Shown: positions 40,258 through 50,846 of the stretch, in pieces | Layout of the letters: each line of letters begins with the position of its first letter | How positions within the stretch are numbered: the first letter of the stretch is position 1 | Assembly (NCBI GenBank): GCA_963665665.1 | Contig: OY762428.1 | Coordinates: 2,272,001-2,336,000, forward strand | DNA from: Candidatus Kapaibacterium sp. | GTDB taxonomy: Bacteria; Bacteroidota; Ignavibacteria; Kapaibacteriales; UBA2268 | DNA length: 64,000 nucleotides | Direction: 5' to 3' | Made by a program: the position numbers and the translations under genes | Notes under the pieces: model-generated | The model's input: the letters and a program-made list of their open reading frames with translations, nothing else | What the model was told of the DNA's origin: nothing | Databases searched by the model: none

Positions 40258-40698
40258 ATGAAAATTGCATTTGCATCTGATCACGCAGGATTCAAATATA
40301 AAAAGGAACTTTCAGCATGGCTGAAGACAAAGGAATACAAGATACTTGATTTTGGAACTTATGTAGAAGAATCAGTAGATTACCCGGATTATGCCTTTCC
40401 GGCTGCGGAAGCAGTAGCTTCAGGTGTAGCAGATCTTGGCATAATTATTTGCGGTTCCGGGGTTGGTATGAGTATTGTAGCAAATAAAGTTACAGGTATT
40501 AGAGCAGCAAATTGCTGTAATGCCGAAATGGCAAGGCTTGCCAGACAGCACAATAATGCCAATGTACTGACTTTCGGCCAAAGAATGGTGGATATTGAAA
40601 CTGCAAAGGATATGATCATTGAATTCCTGGAGGGTGAATTTGAAGGAGGACGCCACATGATAAGAGTTGAAAAAATTCATAACCTTACTGAGAATTGA
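40258..40698 (+). CDS. rpiB: Ribose-5-phosphate isomerase B
   Basis: SDHAG, DYPD, CGSGVGMSI.ANK, HNNANVL and FEGGRH motifs. Confidence 0.96.
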   Translation: MKIAFASDHAGFKYKKELSAWLKTKEYKILDFGTYVEESVDYPDYAFPAAEAVASGVADLGIIICGSGVGMSIVANKVTGIRAANCCNAEMARLARQHNNANVLTFGQRMVDIETAKDMIIEFLEGEFEGGRHMIRVEKIHNLTEN

Positions 40699-40884
40699 TC
40701 TGATATGTTTCCGAAAATTATTGAGCCCTGTATTTTTACAGGGCTTTATTATTTAAATTAGTTGATTCTTTTAGAATAATAGACTTATTATTTCACAAAC
40801 ATTTATAAGTACCTAAATTATTCCTTTGAAAGAATATTCTAAATTACTATTTTATTATATAATATTATTATTGAGGATTAAAAA

Positions 40885-42183
40885 TTGAAACAGAGTGATT
40901 TCAACACTTATTTGAATGAAGCAAATCTTAGTAATACCAGACTTATCTCTATTGTTGCTTTGGTTGCACATTTCCTTTCTTTTTTCACAGTTGAAATTCC
41001 TATACTTCAGTCAAATCTTCAGATAGCTTCCTTATTAAGATTTATACCAATAATTTATTTTACCGTTTTGATATTTGTTGTTTTTATAAAAAAGGAGATA
41101 ATAAAAGATAGTATTCAATTTTTATTATCATTTGGAATGATATTGAGCATTTTGCCAGTATCATATAACGGAAGCTTAATAGCTGAAATAGAGAATAATT
41201 ATTTTATCGGGACAATGGGTTATTTACAAGTACAATTTGCTTTTGTTACTTTCATTACAGTTTCGAAGTTTTATAATTATTTTACGTTGTTTGCAACAAG
41301 TATTTTATTTGCAGTACTATGCTTAATTGTTCCTGAAGATCCAATGAGTTTGCAATATCCTGTTATAGTACAGGCACAGTTTTTTTTCATATTGATTCTA
41401 ATATTCACACATCATTTTATATATAAATCAAAAATGGAGAATTTTAATAAACAGGAGGAACTTAAAAGAATAAATAAAGTACTGGAGGAAAATGTTAAGT
41501 CAAGAGACAAATATTTTTCAATATTATCTCATGACCTGATTAATCCTATTCAGGCAATTATGCTGACGTCTACAATGCTTAGAAATAATTATATGAAGTA
41601 TTCTGAGGAAAAACTCGGGAAAAAAATAAAAACTCTTCACGTTACAAATATACGTTTAATGAATTTTGTAATAAATATATTGAACTGGACAAGATCACAG
41701 AGAGGAAGAATAGTTTTTGAACCGGAAAATGTAGATATATATGAAATGATAAATGAAATTGTTTCATTATATAAGACAAATGCAGAAATTAAAAATATTG
41801 AAATAGAAATTCAAATACAAAAAGGTTCAGTTATTTTTGTTGACAAAAATATGATAGAAACTGTATTCAGAAATCTTATATCAAATGCAATTAAATTTTC
41901 AGAAAAATATGAGAAAATAAGGATTGTATCAGCTATCAATGAAAATAATATGATCATTGATTTTGTGGACAGAGGAAAAGGAATAGAACCGGAAGAGTTA
42001 GAGTATTTATTTTCATCAGAAAAAAGATCAAAATTAGGTACTTCAGGAGAGAAGGGGACCGGATTAGGATTAATTCTCTGCAAAGAATTTGTTGAAAGAA
42101 ATAATGGTAATATTAAAGTTGATTCTTTACCGGGATTAGGTAGTACATTTACAGTAACATTGCCTATGAAAAACGACAATTAA
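40885..42183 (+). CDS. Membrane sensor histidine kinase
   Basis: Multiple TM helices; SHDLINP, RNLISNAIKF, DRGKG and GTGLGLILC motifs. Confidence 0.9.
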   Translation: MKQSDFNTYLNEANLSNTRLISIVALVAHFLSFFTVEIPILQSNLQIASLLRFIPIIYFTVLIFVVFIKKEIIKDSIQFLLSFGMILSILPVSYNGSLIAEIENNYFIGTMGYLQVQFAFVTFITVSKFYNYFTLFATSILFAVLCLIVPEDPMSLQYPVIVQAQFFFILILIFTHHFIYKSKMENFNKQEELKRINKVLEENVKSRDKYFSILSHDLINPIQAIMLTSTMLRNNYMKYSEEKLGKKIKTLHVTNIRLMNFVINILNWTRSQRGRIVFEPENVDIYEMINEIVSLYKTNAEIKNIEIEIQIQKGSVIFVDKNMIETVFRNLISNAIKFSEKYEKIRIVSAINENNMIIDFVDRGKGIEPEELEYLFSSEKRSKLGTSGEKGTGLGLILCKEFVERNNGNIKVDSLPGLGSTFTVTLPMKNDN

Positions 42184-42188
42184 TAAAA

Positions 42189-43343
42189 TTAGATTCTAAT
42201 ACTGTAATGTTTATCCGGATTATAATTAATTAATTCAGATGTTATTTTAATAAATTTTTCTATACCAACAGCAGCGATAAAATATAATATAGAAGTATGT
42301 CTTTCCTGAAGCATACCATCAGGAAAAATTAAATTAAAGATAAGGTTATCCTGATGTTTTTTTTTCAAATTATTTATTATATCTGAAGGTAAAATAGTTG
42401 CAGAATAACGTGGGATCAAAGTAGGAGGATTAAATCCAAAATGTTCGAATAATGGATATAATAAAATTTCTTCACCAATCTCTGAAGGGCTGCAAATTTT
42501 CTTACCGGGCAACAGAATATCTATTAGGAAGGTTTTAAGCATAACAGCTGGTATAAGTTTATCAAGACTATTAATATCAGCTGTAAATTTGAGTAACTCA
42601 TTATCCCTGATATATTCAAGATTATAAATCGAAGTTTTAGGATTAATATTCAATCCTTTTTTTGAGATATAAGAAAATGATTGACTGACGATATCAGTAA
42701 ATTTTCCTGGATTATTTAATTCATCTGTTATAAAAAAATCTACAATTTCAGAATTTAATAATTCAGACAAATAAATATAATCGATGTTTTCATTTTCAAA
42801 TAAATATTGAAGATAATTCTTAAAAGCATAAATTATTGTTTTTCCAGGTTCATATATTTCAAACAATTTTAATTTAATATCATTATAATGCTTAAAACCG
42901 GAAAGAATTGATATAATATTTTCAATTTGATCAATACTATCAGCTGGACAATCTCTATACTTAATTAGTTTTCTATTTTCTTTTGTTGAATCAGAAGGAA
43001 AATGCATTTCTACTGTATCCATATTCTCATCTAATAGCTTAACGCCGGACAATTGCATATTATCAATGCAAAGATCATCAATAATTAATTTTCCAATTTT
43101 ATTACATTTAAGATAGGATATTAAGGAAAGAATTTTAAAATAGTTTGATAAAGTGCCACCGGCAAAAAAAGGCTTGATAATAGTAAATAGATTATCTTCA
43201 GATTGAGACAATTCTATATATGAATGAGAAATATTTAATGAAAAATCAGAAAAAATATCAGTTATGAAATTATCATTTTTTAGGAAATTATTAAAAAATT
43301 CCGGAAATCCGGGAATTGACGAAAACTCTGTTCCTTCTATCAT
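42189..43343 (-). CDS. Degenerate BshC-like protein
   Basis: GGTLSNYFK, SPSEI and PRYSAT segments, plus C-terminal FPDGMLQER, recall BshC; shorter and divergent. Confidence 0.5.
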   Translation of the reverse strand: MIEGTEFSSIPGFPEFFNNFLKNDNFITDIFSDFSLNISHSYIELSQSEDNLFTIIKPFFAGGTLSNYFKILSLISYLKCNKIGKLIIDDLCIDNMQLSGVKLLDENMDTVEMHFPSDSTKENRKLIKYRDCPADSIDQIENIISILSGFKHYNDIKLKLFEIYEPGKTIIYAFKNYLQYLFENENIDYIYLSELLNSEIVDFFITDELNNPGKFTDIVSQSFSYISKKGLNINPKTSIYNLEYIRDNELLKFTADINSLDKLIPAVMLKTFLIDILLPGKKICSPSEIGEEILLYPLFEHFGFNPPTLIPRYSATILPSDIINNLKKKHQDNLIFNLIFPDGMLQERHTSILYFIAAVGIEKFIKITSELINYNPDKHYSIRI

Positions 43344-43346
43344 AAA

Positions 43347-43958
43347 TTATAAGGATTTAAGTATTACTGAAAACACAGGGCCGCTTATATCAGAACCGGA
43401 CATTCCGTAAAAATCTACACCGGAAATTATCCTGTAAGAAAAATTAAATCCAACATGAAAGGATTCATAGAATCTGAAATTTATCCCCGTATATGGTTCT
43501 ATAATAAAAAACCAGTCACCACCGTCACCAACCGGCACATCAATATCACTTGAAGCTGAAATATCAACGGTACCAGTACCAATTAGAGATCCAAAACTTA
43601 AATGAGTTCTGGATAATATTGGTAATAAATATTCAATCTCTGCTCCACCATAACCTAACTGTAGAAATGTACCGGTATTTTCAAAATTGCTAAAATTAAA
43701 ATCTACATTATGAGATAATAAAGAATAGAAACCAAGACCGATAAAAACATTCTCATTTGCCATTATACCTGCTTTACCACCAAATTCAAAGCCATAATTA
43801 TCGATAGTTTTTGCAGATTTTAATCCAAGGGAAAATAAAAATTTTCCTGATTTACTTTCATTTTCATTATAACGGGTTTTACCTGTGCCTCCGGGAAGAA
43901 CCTGAGAGTGAAGTGATGTTAAATTTAAAAACAATAGAATTAATAATATTTTTTTCAT
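43347..43958 (-). CDS. Outer-membrane beta-barrel hypothetical protein
   Basis: Signal peptide and Gly/aromatic alternating strands (LGYGG, FFIIEP). Confidence 0.6.
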   Translation of the reverse strand: MKKILLILLFLNLTSLHSQVLPGGTGKTRYNENESKSGKFLFSLGLKSAKTIDNYGFEFGGKAGIMANENVFIGLGFYSLLSHNVDFNFSNFENTGTFLQLGYGGAEIEYLLPILSRTHLSFGSLIGTGTVDISASSDIDVPVGDGGDWFFIIEPYTGINFRFYESFHVGFNFSYRIISGVDFYGMSGSDISGPVFSVILKSL

Positions 43959-43989
43959 AGTAATATCAATAATTTTAAAAATGTAATAA

Positions 43990-44685
43990 TTATTTTGTTA
44001 AACCTCTATTAAAGAAATCAAGTAAAGGCGTAAGAGCAAATCCGCTATTAATAATATATTCTTTTATTTCAGATGTATAGATTATTTCCTGATCAATCTT
44101 ACCATAAAATGTAAAAGATTTGTTTTTAAGTAAATCACCGGCAGGATGGTCTTTTGGAAATCCTCTTGGCACTGTCTTAAGTTTTTCGCCTTCAAATTCA
44201 TCAGGGAAATATTTTCTGAAGGAATTTGATTCTATAAGATTGTAATATTCTTCATAGTTTTCTGAAAGAAGTTCACGTATCTTACGTAATTCTTCTGACG
44301 GGGGAGTATGAATGCCACCGGCAACAAAACATTCCTTAGGTTCAACATGGAAATACAAGCCCAAAGCATTTATTGGTTTTTTTGAAATATTTCCTATCGA
44401 ATATGGAAAGAACAAGCCCATATTTGTCTTATAAGGAGACTTATCCTTACTAAAGCGGATATCTCTGTTAATTCTGAAGGTTGATATTTTAGGGTCGGCA
44501 ATATAATTCAGTTCCCTTTCGGCAAACATATAAGATAGATCTGAAACCACAAGTTTATTTGTATCACGAATTTCTTTCTCGTAATACTTACGGTTTTCAT
44601 CAAACCATTCTTTTGAATTATTATTAGATAAATCATCAAAGAACTGTATTAGTCCCTTATCGTAACCATTAAATTTAGATTCCAT
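43990..44685 (-). CDS. DUF2461 family protein
   Basis: NNSKEWF, FRINRDIRFSKDKSPYK and LKTVPRGFPKDHP motifs. Confidence 0.9.
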   Translation of the reverse strand: MESKFNGYDKGLIQFFDDLSNNNSKEWFDENRKYYEKEIRDTNKLVVSDLSYMFAERELNYIADPKISTFRINRDIRFSKDKSPYKTNMGLFFPYSIGNISKKPINALGLYFHVEPKECFVAGGIHTPPSEELRKIRELLSENYEEYYNLIESNSFRKYFPDEFEGEKLKTVPRGFPKDHPAGDLLKNKSFTFYGKIDQEIIYTSEIKEYIINSGFALTPLLDFFNRGLTK

Positions 44686-45596
44686 TATTTGCTCCAGGAA
44701 TTATTTTTATTAAAAATAAAGAAAGCGTTATCAATACCTGCGGGTTCAATAGGAAAAAAAGATAACTGTTTGTGGTTAATAAGGTTATAATTTCCTATTG
44801 GATAATCATCTTTTAATTTAATTAAATTCTTATTAATATTAAGTTTATCGGATAAATTACTAATGATATCGAATTCATTAAAATATTCTGATGAGCATAT
44901 ATTTATTATTTCATTCTTGTTGATGAATGAATTAATCAAAGATAAAGATATATCATCAGTAAAAACAGGATTGAAATAATAATTCTTAGATAAGTATATT
45001 TCCTTGTTTTTAAGTAGTTTAAATATATAGAAGCGTATAAAATCATCATTATTATATGATGTCTGGCCAAAAACACGGCCAAGACGAAATATCATAAAAG
45101 AATTAGCATCTATTCTAATAGCATTTTCACCTGCAAGAATAGACTGAGAGAATTTATGCCTTGTTGTTGGAGCAGATTCTTCTGTATATTCTTTTTTTGT
45201 TCCATCGAAGATCAAGTGTGATGAAAAAGATATTACATGACATTCAATAATTTTGCTGATACTTGCCGACAATTCATTAAGTTCTACATTAGAGTATATC
45301 AGATTTGAAGATTTTCCCCTGAACAGTAATGGGTCATGAATTAAAGAAGCATTTATAAGAATGTCAGGTTTATAATCAATAATAGATCTTTTAAGTTTCT
45401 TTAAATCATTTTTTTCAAACTTAAAACTTTTTATACGCTCATCGTCAATTAAGCTTATATCAGATGAATAAAAAGCATGTAGTTCGTGGTCAGTTTCAAA
45501 TTTAATTATACGGTAAAGTGATTCACCTATTAAAGTATCAGACCCTATTAAAGCTATTTTGTATTTCATATATTCAGGATGTTTCACGTGAAACAT
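44685..45596 (-). CDS. RmlD-like (dTDP-4-dehydrorhamnose reductase fold) protein, divergent; start at 45596 or 45569
   Basis: IALIGSDTLIG, KPDILINA, IFDG..KEYTEES.P and FR...VFG; the SDR YxxxK motif is replaced by FSQSI. Confidence 0.6.
   Translation of the reverse strand: MFHVKHPEYMKYKIALIGSDTLIGESLYRIIKFETDHELHAFYSSDISLIDDERIKSFKFEKNDLKKLKRSIIDYKPDILINASLIHDPLLFRGKSSNLIYSNVELNELSASISKIIECHVISFSSHLIFDGTKKEYTEESAPTTRHKFSQSILAGENAIRIDANSFMIFRLGRVFGQTSYNNDDFIRFYIFKLLKNKEIYLSKNYYFNPVFTDDISLSLINSFINKNEIINICSSEYFNEFDIISNLSDKLNINKNLIKLKDDYPIGNYNLINHKQLSFFPIEPAGIDNAFFIFNKNNSWSK
45580..45595. promoter_or_regulatory. parS site
   Basis: Perfect palindrome TGTTTCACGTGAAACA. Confidence 0.9.
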
Positions 45597-47449
45597 TATT
45601 TTAAATAAATTGACAATATTGATATATCAGAAGCAGAAACACCGCTAATTCTTGATGCCTGGCCAAGAGATGATGGCCTGACGAGGCTGAGTTTTTCTCT
45701 TGCTTCATTGGATAGTGAAGAAATTTTACTATAATTAAAATTATCGGGAATCATTTTCTGTTCATTCTCGATAAAATACTCAATTTGCTTTTTTTGCCGG
45801 GCAATATATCCTTCATAACGAATTTCTATACCGGCCTGTTCTATAACTTTGTCATATATTTCATTTTGCGGGAAATAAAGAGAAGAGATTTTAATAAGCT
45901 CTTTTAATTGTACGCGGCTTCTTTTTGCAAGAGTATAGATATCAGTTGTTTCATTTACAGTTGATTCATCGACAGATTGTAAGTAGGGATTTATATCATC
46001 TTTTTTTACTTTTACTCTCTTAAGTTGTTCTATAAATAACCTGATCTCTTCATTAATTAAAATATTTTGTTTATATCTTGATTCAGGTATAAGCCCGTTT
46101 TTATATCCATATTTTGAAAGACGTAATTCAGCATTATCCTGGCGTAATAATAGTCGGTATTCAGCAAGAGAGGTAAACATTCTGTATGGTTCATCTGTGC
46201 TTTTATTTACAAGGTCATCAATTAGAACGCCAATATAAGATTCAGAACGGGAGAGCTTGAAATCATCCATACCGCGTAATTTTTGTACTGCATTTACACC
46301 TGCTACATATCCCTGTCCGGCAGCCTCCTCATAGCCGGAAGTGCCATTAATTTGCCCGGCAAAGTAAAGGCCGGATATAATATTTGTTTCAAGTGTATAT
46401 TTTAATTGATATGGAAAGAAAAAGTCATATTCAATAGCATAAGCAGGCCTGATTAATTTGCAATTAGCCAATCCGGGTATAGTTTTTAATGCTTTAATTT
46501 GTACATCAACCGGTAGACTAGAACTAAAACCATTAATATATACGGAATCTGTATTATGTCCCTCTGGCTCTAAAAGTATTTTATGAGAATCTCTGTCAGA
46601 AAAACGATCTATCTTATCTTCAATTGACGGACAATAGCGGGGGCCGCTTCCGGAAATTCTACCAGTAAACATAGGGGAGAGGTCGAAACCTGTTCTTAAT
46701 ATATCATGAGTTTGAATATTAGTTTCTGTAGAATGGCAAAGAGCAGTATTTTTAACAAAACCTGTAAGAAAAGAAAATGGCTTGGGATCTTCATCGCCAT
46801 AGGCTGGTATTACCTTAGAAAAATCTATACTATTTTTTAAAACCCTTGGGGGTGTTCCGGTTTTTAGCCTGCCAATTTTGAAACCAAGATCAAGGAAATT
46901 TGATGACAATTTATCTGAAGACATTTCACCATATCGGCCACCATAAGTTTTGCTCATACCAGTGAACATTACACCTTTAAGGAAAGTTCCGGCACAAACA
47001 ATAATTGCAGAACAATACAAGATTTCATTATCTTCGGTTTCGAGAGAATATACTTTATCATTCTTAAGATTTATCTTAGCAGCTGTTCCTTCAATTATTG
47101 AAAGATTATCTCTATTAAGTAGAAAACCTAAAGCAACAATTGGGTATAAATGTTTATCAATCTGAGCACGCGGAGACCAAACCGCCGGCCCCTTTGATGT
47201 ATTAAGTGTTTTAAATTGAATTCCTGCCCGATCAGAAATAAGAGGCATAATGCCGCCGAGAGCATCAATTTCCTTAACTATATGTCCTTTGGCAGTTCCT
47301 CCGATAGAAGGGTTACATGATGGTTTTCCAAGAGTAAATTTACTCATTGTTAAAAGTGCAGTTTTTGCTCCCATTCCGGATGATGCCCATGCAGCTTCTA
47401 TCCCTGCATGGCCTCCGCCAATTACTATTACATCGTATCTGTTATCCAT
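45596..47449 (-). CDS. mnmG: tRNA uridine-34 modification enzyme MnmG (GidA)
   Basis: [38 protein letters not shown] and [13 protein letters not shown] motifs. Confidence 0.97.
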   Translation of the reverse strand: MDNRYDVIVIGGGHAGIEAAWASSGMGAKTALLTMSKFTLGKPSCNPSIGGTAKGHIVKEIDALGGIMPLISDRAGIQFKTLNTSKGPAVWSPRAQIDKHLYPIVALGFLLNRDNLSIIEGTAAKINLKNDKVYSLETEDNEILYCSAIIVCAGTFLKGVMFTGMSKTYGGRYGEMSSDKLSSNFLDLGFKIGRLKTGTPPRVLKNSIDFSKVIPAYGDEDPKPFSFLTGFVKNTALCHSTETNIQTHDILRTGFDLSPMFTGRISGSGPRYCPSIEDKIDRFSDRDSHKILLEPEGHNTDSVYINGFSSSLPVDVQIKALKTIPGLANCKLIRPAYAIEYDFFFPYQLKYTLETNIISGLYFAGQINGTSGYEEAAGQGYVAGVNAVQKLRGMDDFKLSRSESYIGVLIDDLVNKSTDEPYRMFTSLAEYRLLLRQDNAELRLSKYGYKNGLIPESRYKQNILINEEIRLFIEQLKRVKVKKDDINPYLQSVDESTVNETTDIYTLAKRSRVQLKELIKISSLYFPQNEIYDKVIEQAGIEIRYEGYIARQKKQIEYFIENEQKMIPDNFNYSKISSLSNEAREKLSLVRPSSLGQASRISGVSASDISILSIYLK

Positions 47450-47536
47450 TAAATTACAATATTAAAAAAGAAATAAAATGTGAAATAAATTCTAGTACAA
47501 AATAATAAAGACGAATGACATTATAAAAAAATGGAA

Positions 47537-47552
47537 TGTTCCACGTGAAACA
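47537..47552. promoter_or_regulatory. parS site
   Basis: TGTTCCACGTGAAACA. Confidence 0.88.
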
Positions 47553-47573
47553 TTCAAAATCGGAAATCAAGAA

Positions 47574-47589
47574 TGTTTCACGTGAAACA
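47574..47589. promoter_or_regulatory. parS site
   Basis: Perfect palindrome TGTTTCACGTGAAACA. Confidence 0.9.
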
Positions 47590-47593
47590 ATAA

Positions 47594-48946
47594 CTATTTT
47601 CCAATGCAAAAAGAAGAAAATATATTATTTAATACATTTTCATCCCATTGTTCTCCGGTAATCATACCAAGATTATTAGCTGCATCTCTGATATCAATAG
47701 CAATAGTCTCGTTTTCAAATTCATTATCAATAGCATTTAGTGCATTTTTAAGTGATGCTTCAGCATTTGTAAGGAGAATTCTATGTCTTTGATTTATTAA
47801 AATATCATTTACAGCGTCTGTTGAAGTTGTTACTTTATCCTTAATAATATCTCGAATTTTCTCAATTCCATCATCAAATTTAGCAGAAATATATACTCTG
47901 TTTTTATCATTGCTGAATGATTTAATATCAATTTTGTCAATTTTATTTTGTACTAATAATACTTCATTTTCTGGGAACATTTCTTTAATCGAATGCTCTA
48001 AGGAGTCCGAATGGTTTTTACCAAGGCTGATATCATTTAAGATGATAATTAGATTTGATTGCCTGAAGAGTTCATACGCAATCCGCACACCCTCAATTTC
48101 TATAATATCTTTTGTATGTCTCAATCCTGCTGTATCAATTATTTTAACGGAAATATTATCTATAAATATTTGTTCCTCAATATAATCTCTTGTTGTTCCT
48201 GGGATATTTGAAACAATAGCTCTTGATCTTTTTAAAAGTGCATTGAAAAAAGTGGACTTTCCTGCATTAGGGTGTCCTGCAATAGAAATGTAAAATCCGG
48301 ATCTTAATATCTGTGCTGATTCATAGGAAGAAGAGAGGTTAGCACAGAAATCAATGGTTGAGATAATGTGATTTTTAATATCATTCTTACTGATTAAATC
48401 AATTTCCTCTTCTGCAAAATCAAGTTCTAACTCAAGGAGGGAGGCAATTTTGAGAAGTTTTTTCCTGAAATTATCCAGTCGGTTTTTAAATTCGCCTGCT
48501 AATTGACGAGCTGAAGTTCTTGCTCCGGCAACTGATGAAGAATGAATAATATCAGTTATTGCCTCGGTTTGTGAAAGGTCAATTTTCCCATTCAGGAAAG
48601 CACGTTTCGTAAATTCACCAGGTTCTGCGTGATGTGCGCCATTAATAATTAAAGTATCTAATATCTGGTTTACGATAATAGGATTTCCATGGCATGAAAT
48701 TTCGGCAATATCTTCTCCGGTATACGAATTTGGATTTTTAAATACCGATACTGTTACATCATCAATAATTGTGTTAGCTGAAAAAATTTTACCATAATGG
48801 ATAGTATGTGTTTTTGCCCGGGATAATTCACTTTTTCCTTTGAATATTTTATCAACAATGAAAAAACACTCGGGACCAGAAATTCTTATTACAGCAATTC
48901 CGGAAATACCGGGTACTGTTGATAATGCACAAATTGTATTTTTCAT
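47594..48946 (-). CDS. mnmE: tRNA modification GTPase MnmE (TrmE)
   Basis: SYTGED, PGEFTKRAFLNGK, GHPNAGKS, GTTRD, DTAG and FCIGK motifs. Confidence 0.97.
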   Translation of the reverse strand: MKNTICALSTVPGISGIAVIRISGPECFFIVDKIFKGKSELSRAKTHTIHYGKIFSANTIIDDVTVSVFKNPNSYTGEDIAEISCHGNPIIVNQILDTLIINGAHHAEPGEFTKRAFLNGKIDLSQTEAITDIIHSSSVAGARTSARQLAGEFKNRLDNFRKKLLKIASLLELELDFAEEEIDLISKNDIKNHIISTIDFCANLSSSYESAQILRSGFYISIAGHPNAGKSTFFNALLKRSRAIVSNIPGTTRDYIEEQIFIDNISVKIIDTAGLRHTKDIIEIEGVRIAYELFRQSNLIIILNDISLGKNHSDSLEHSIKEMFPENEVLLVQNKIDKIDIKSFSNDKNRVYISAKFDDGIEKIRDIIKDKVTTSTDAVNDILINQRHRILLTNAEASLKNALNAIDNEFENETIAIDIRDAANNLGMITGEQWDENVLNNIFSSFCIGK

Positions 48947-49353
48947 AATTTTTTGCCGAAATTTAATTTTACTAATACAAATTTATAAAAAAGGTATACA
49001 AAATAATAATATTAGGTGGATATAAATAGAAAATCAGAGAAATAAATAAATTACAATGGTTATTATTGGCCATATTGCTTTATTTCAATAATATAGGCTC
49101 TATAAGCTGTTTTATAATGAAATCCATGTAGTAATATTTGTTGTATAAAAAAATTACAATAGTGGCTGTTTATTAAAGGAGGCCTTGAAACCCGCTCCAG
49201 TACAAGGTTCTGAGGGGTATAAAGTATGTCTGCTATCTGTTTTCAACATTTTATAAATTTTAGTTGAGAATTTTGAGTTATGATTAGAAATTTTGTAGTT
49301 TGTCGTGATTTGGCGTTTAATAAAATATCTGGAATTTTGAGATCGGACAATTT

Positions 49354-50472
49354 ATGGATTATGAAATAATAATTATTGGTGCCGGAGTTGTTGGGCTTTC
49401 GATTGCTTCCCGGCTTTCAGAAAAAAATAGATCAATTTTGGTTCTTGAAAAAAATGATAATTATGGAATGGAAACCAGCAGTAGAAATAGCGAGGTTATT
49501 CATGCCGGAATATACTATAAAACAAATTCATTAAAAGCGAATTTATGTGTTCAGGGAAACAGACTTTTAAAAAGCTGGTGTAAGGGAAAAAATATTGAAT
49601 ATAATAATATTGGAAAGTTTATTGTTGCAGTTAATAAAGAGGAAGAAGAAAAACTTGATCTGCTTTATGAACAGGCCCTGAATAATAATGTACCTGATAT
49701 AAATTTTTTATCATCATCGGAAGTTAGAAGAGAGGAGCCGAATATTCGTTCATATAAAACACTACATTCGGCAAGTACCGGAATAATAAATTCCCATCAT
49801 CTGATGAAAAGTTTTTTAGACATTTCGGAAATGAACGGAACAGACTATGCATTCAGGCACAACGTGGTTTTAATAGAAAAAATAAACGGCGGATACGAAC
49901 TTACTCTGAGAGATCCTGACGGAGAAGAAGTAAAAGTCAAATCTGAAATTATAATTAACAGTGCCGGGCTTTGGTCCGATATAATTGCCTCTTTGGCTGG
50001 TATAGATATTGAAAAAAACATGTACCGTTTAAACTGGGTGAAGGGTCATTATTTTAGAGCAGCCGGAAAATACAACAATATGGTTAATCATTTGATATAT
50101 CCCATTCCGCAGAAAAATTTGTCAGGGCTTGGTATACATATAACCAAGGAGCTTGACGGATCTTTGAAATTTGGACCGGATACATTAGAAATTGAAAACG
50201 GAACTGAGGACTATTCAGTTCCCCTTAGTTTAAAAGAAAAATTCCACTCTCTTGTTTCTTCATATTTTCCTCTTTTGGAAAAAGAGGATATTTATCCTGA
50301 TCAGGCAGGAATAAGGCCTAAATTATATTCACCGGACAATTCATTCAGAGATTTTATTATCAGGGAGGAATCAGATAAAGGCCTGCCGGGATTCATTAAT
50401 CTTGTAGGGATAGAGTCTCCGGGGCTTACCTGCTGCTTATCTATTGCAAAAATGGTTGAAAACATAGTATAA
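49354..50472 (+). CDS. FAD-dependent oxidoreductase (L-2-hydroxyglutarate dehydrogenase/LhgO-like)
   Basis: IIGAGVVG, TSSRNSEVIHAGIYY, GIRPKL and GIESPGLT motifs. Confidence 0.85.
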   Translation: MDYEIIIIGAGVVGLSIASRLSEKNRSILVLEKNDNYGMETSSRNSEVIHAGIYYKTNSLKANLCVQGNRLLKSWCKGKNIEYNNIGKFIVAVNKEEEEKLDLLYEQALNNNVPDINFLSSSEVRREEPNIRSYKTLHSASTGIINSHHLMKSFLDISEMNGTDYAFRHNVVLIEKINGGYELTLRDPDGEEVKVKSEIIINSAGLWSDIIASLAGIDIEKNMYRLNWVKGHYFRAAGKYNNMVNHLIYPIPQKNLSGLGIHITKELDGSLKFGPDTLEIENGTEDYSVPLSLKEKFHSLVSSYFPLLEKEDIYPDQAGIRPKLYSPDNSFRDFIIREESDKGLPGFINLVGIESPGLTCCLSIAKMVENIV

Positions 50473-50531
50473 ACTATTTGGCATATATTTTGCTCATTTA
50501 CATAAGAAGTTTTATATCATTTGAGTGTGAC

Positions 50532-50828
50532 ATGAGTACAACAGATTTTAAAACAACAATTGTTGAAATTGTTTCGAAATACCTTGAGAATAACAATAAT
50601 TTTAAGCTATTTGTTTTTGGTTATCACGGGATAAATACCGATCTAATTGGCAATGGTATTGATATTGGTATTAATGCCGGTACGGTACTGGATTATGATA
50701 CAATAGTTAAAATTCAAAATGATTTATATGGAATCCCGAGTGATCAGAAAATTTATCTTATTGATTTTATGAGAATAAGCAGTGAAATGAGAAATTGGGC
50801 TGAAAATACGGCAGTAAAAGTGAATTAA
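50532..50828 (+). CDS. Small protein resembling a degenerate minimal nucleotidyltransferase (MNT)
   Basis: KLFVFG...GIDIGI...KIYLIDF pattern; about 98 aa. Confidence 0.5.
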   Translation: MSTTDFKTTIVEIVSKYLENNNNFKLFVFGYHGINTDLIGNGIDIGINAGTVLDYDTIVKIQNDLYGIPSDQKIYLIDFMRISSEMRNWAENTAVKVN

Positions 50829-50846
50829 TTCAAAAAAGAATAAAGA

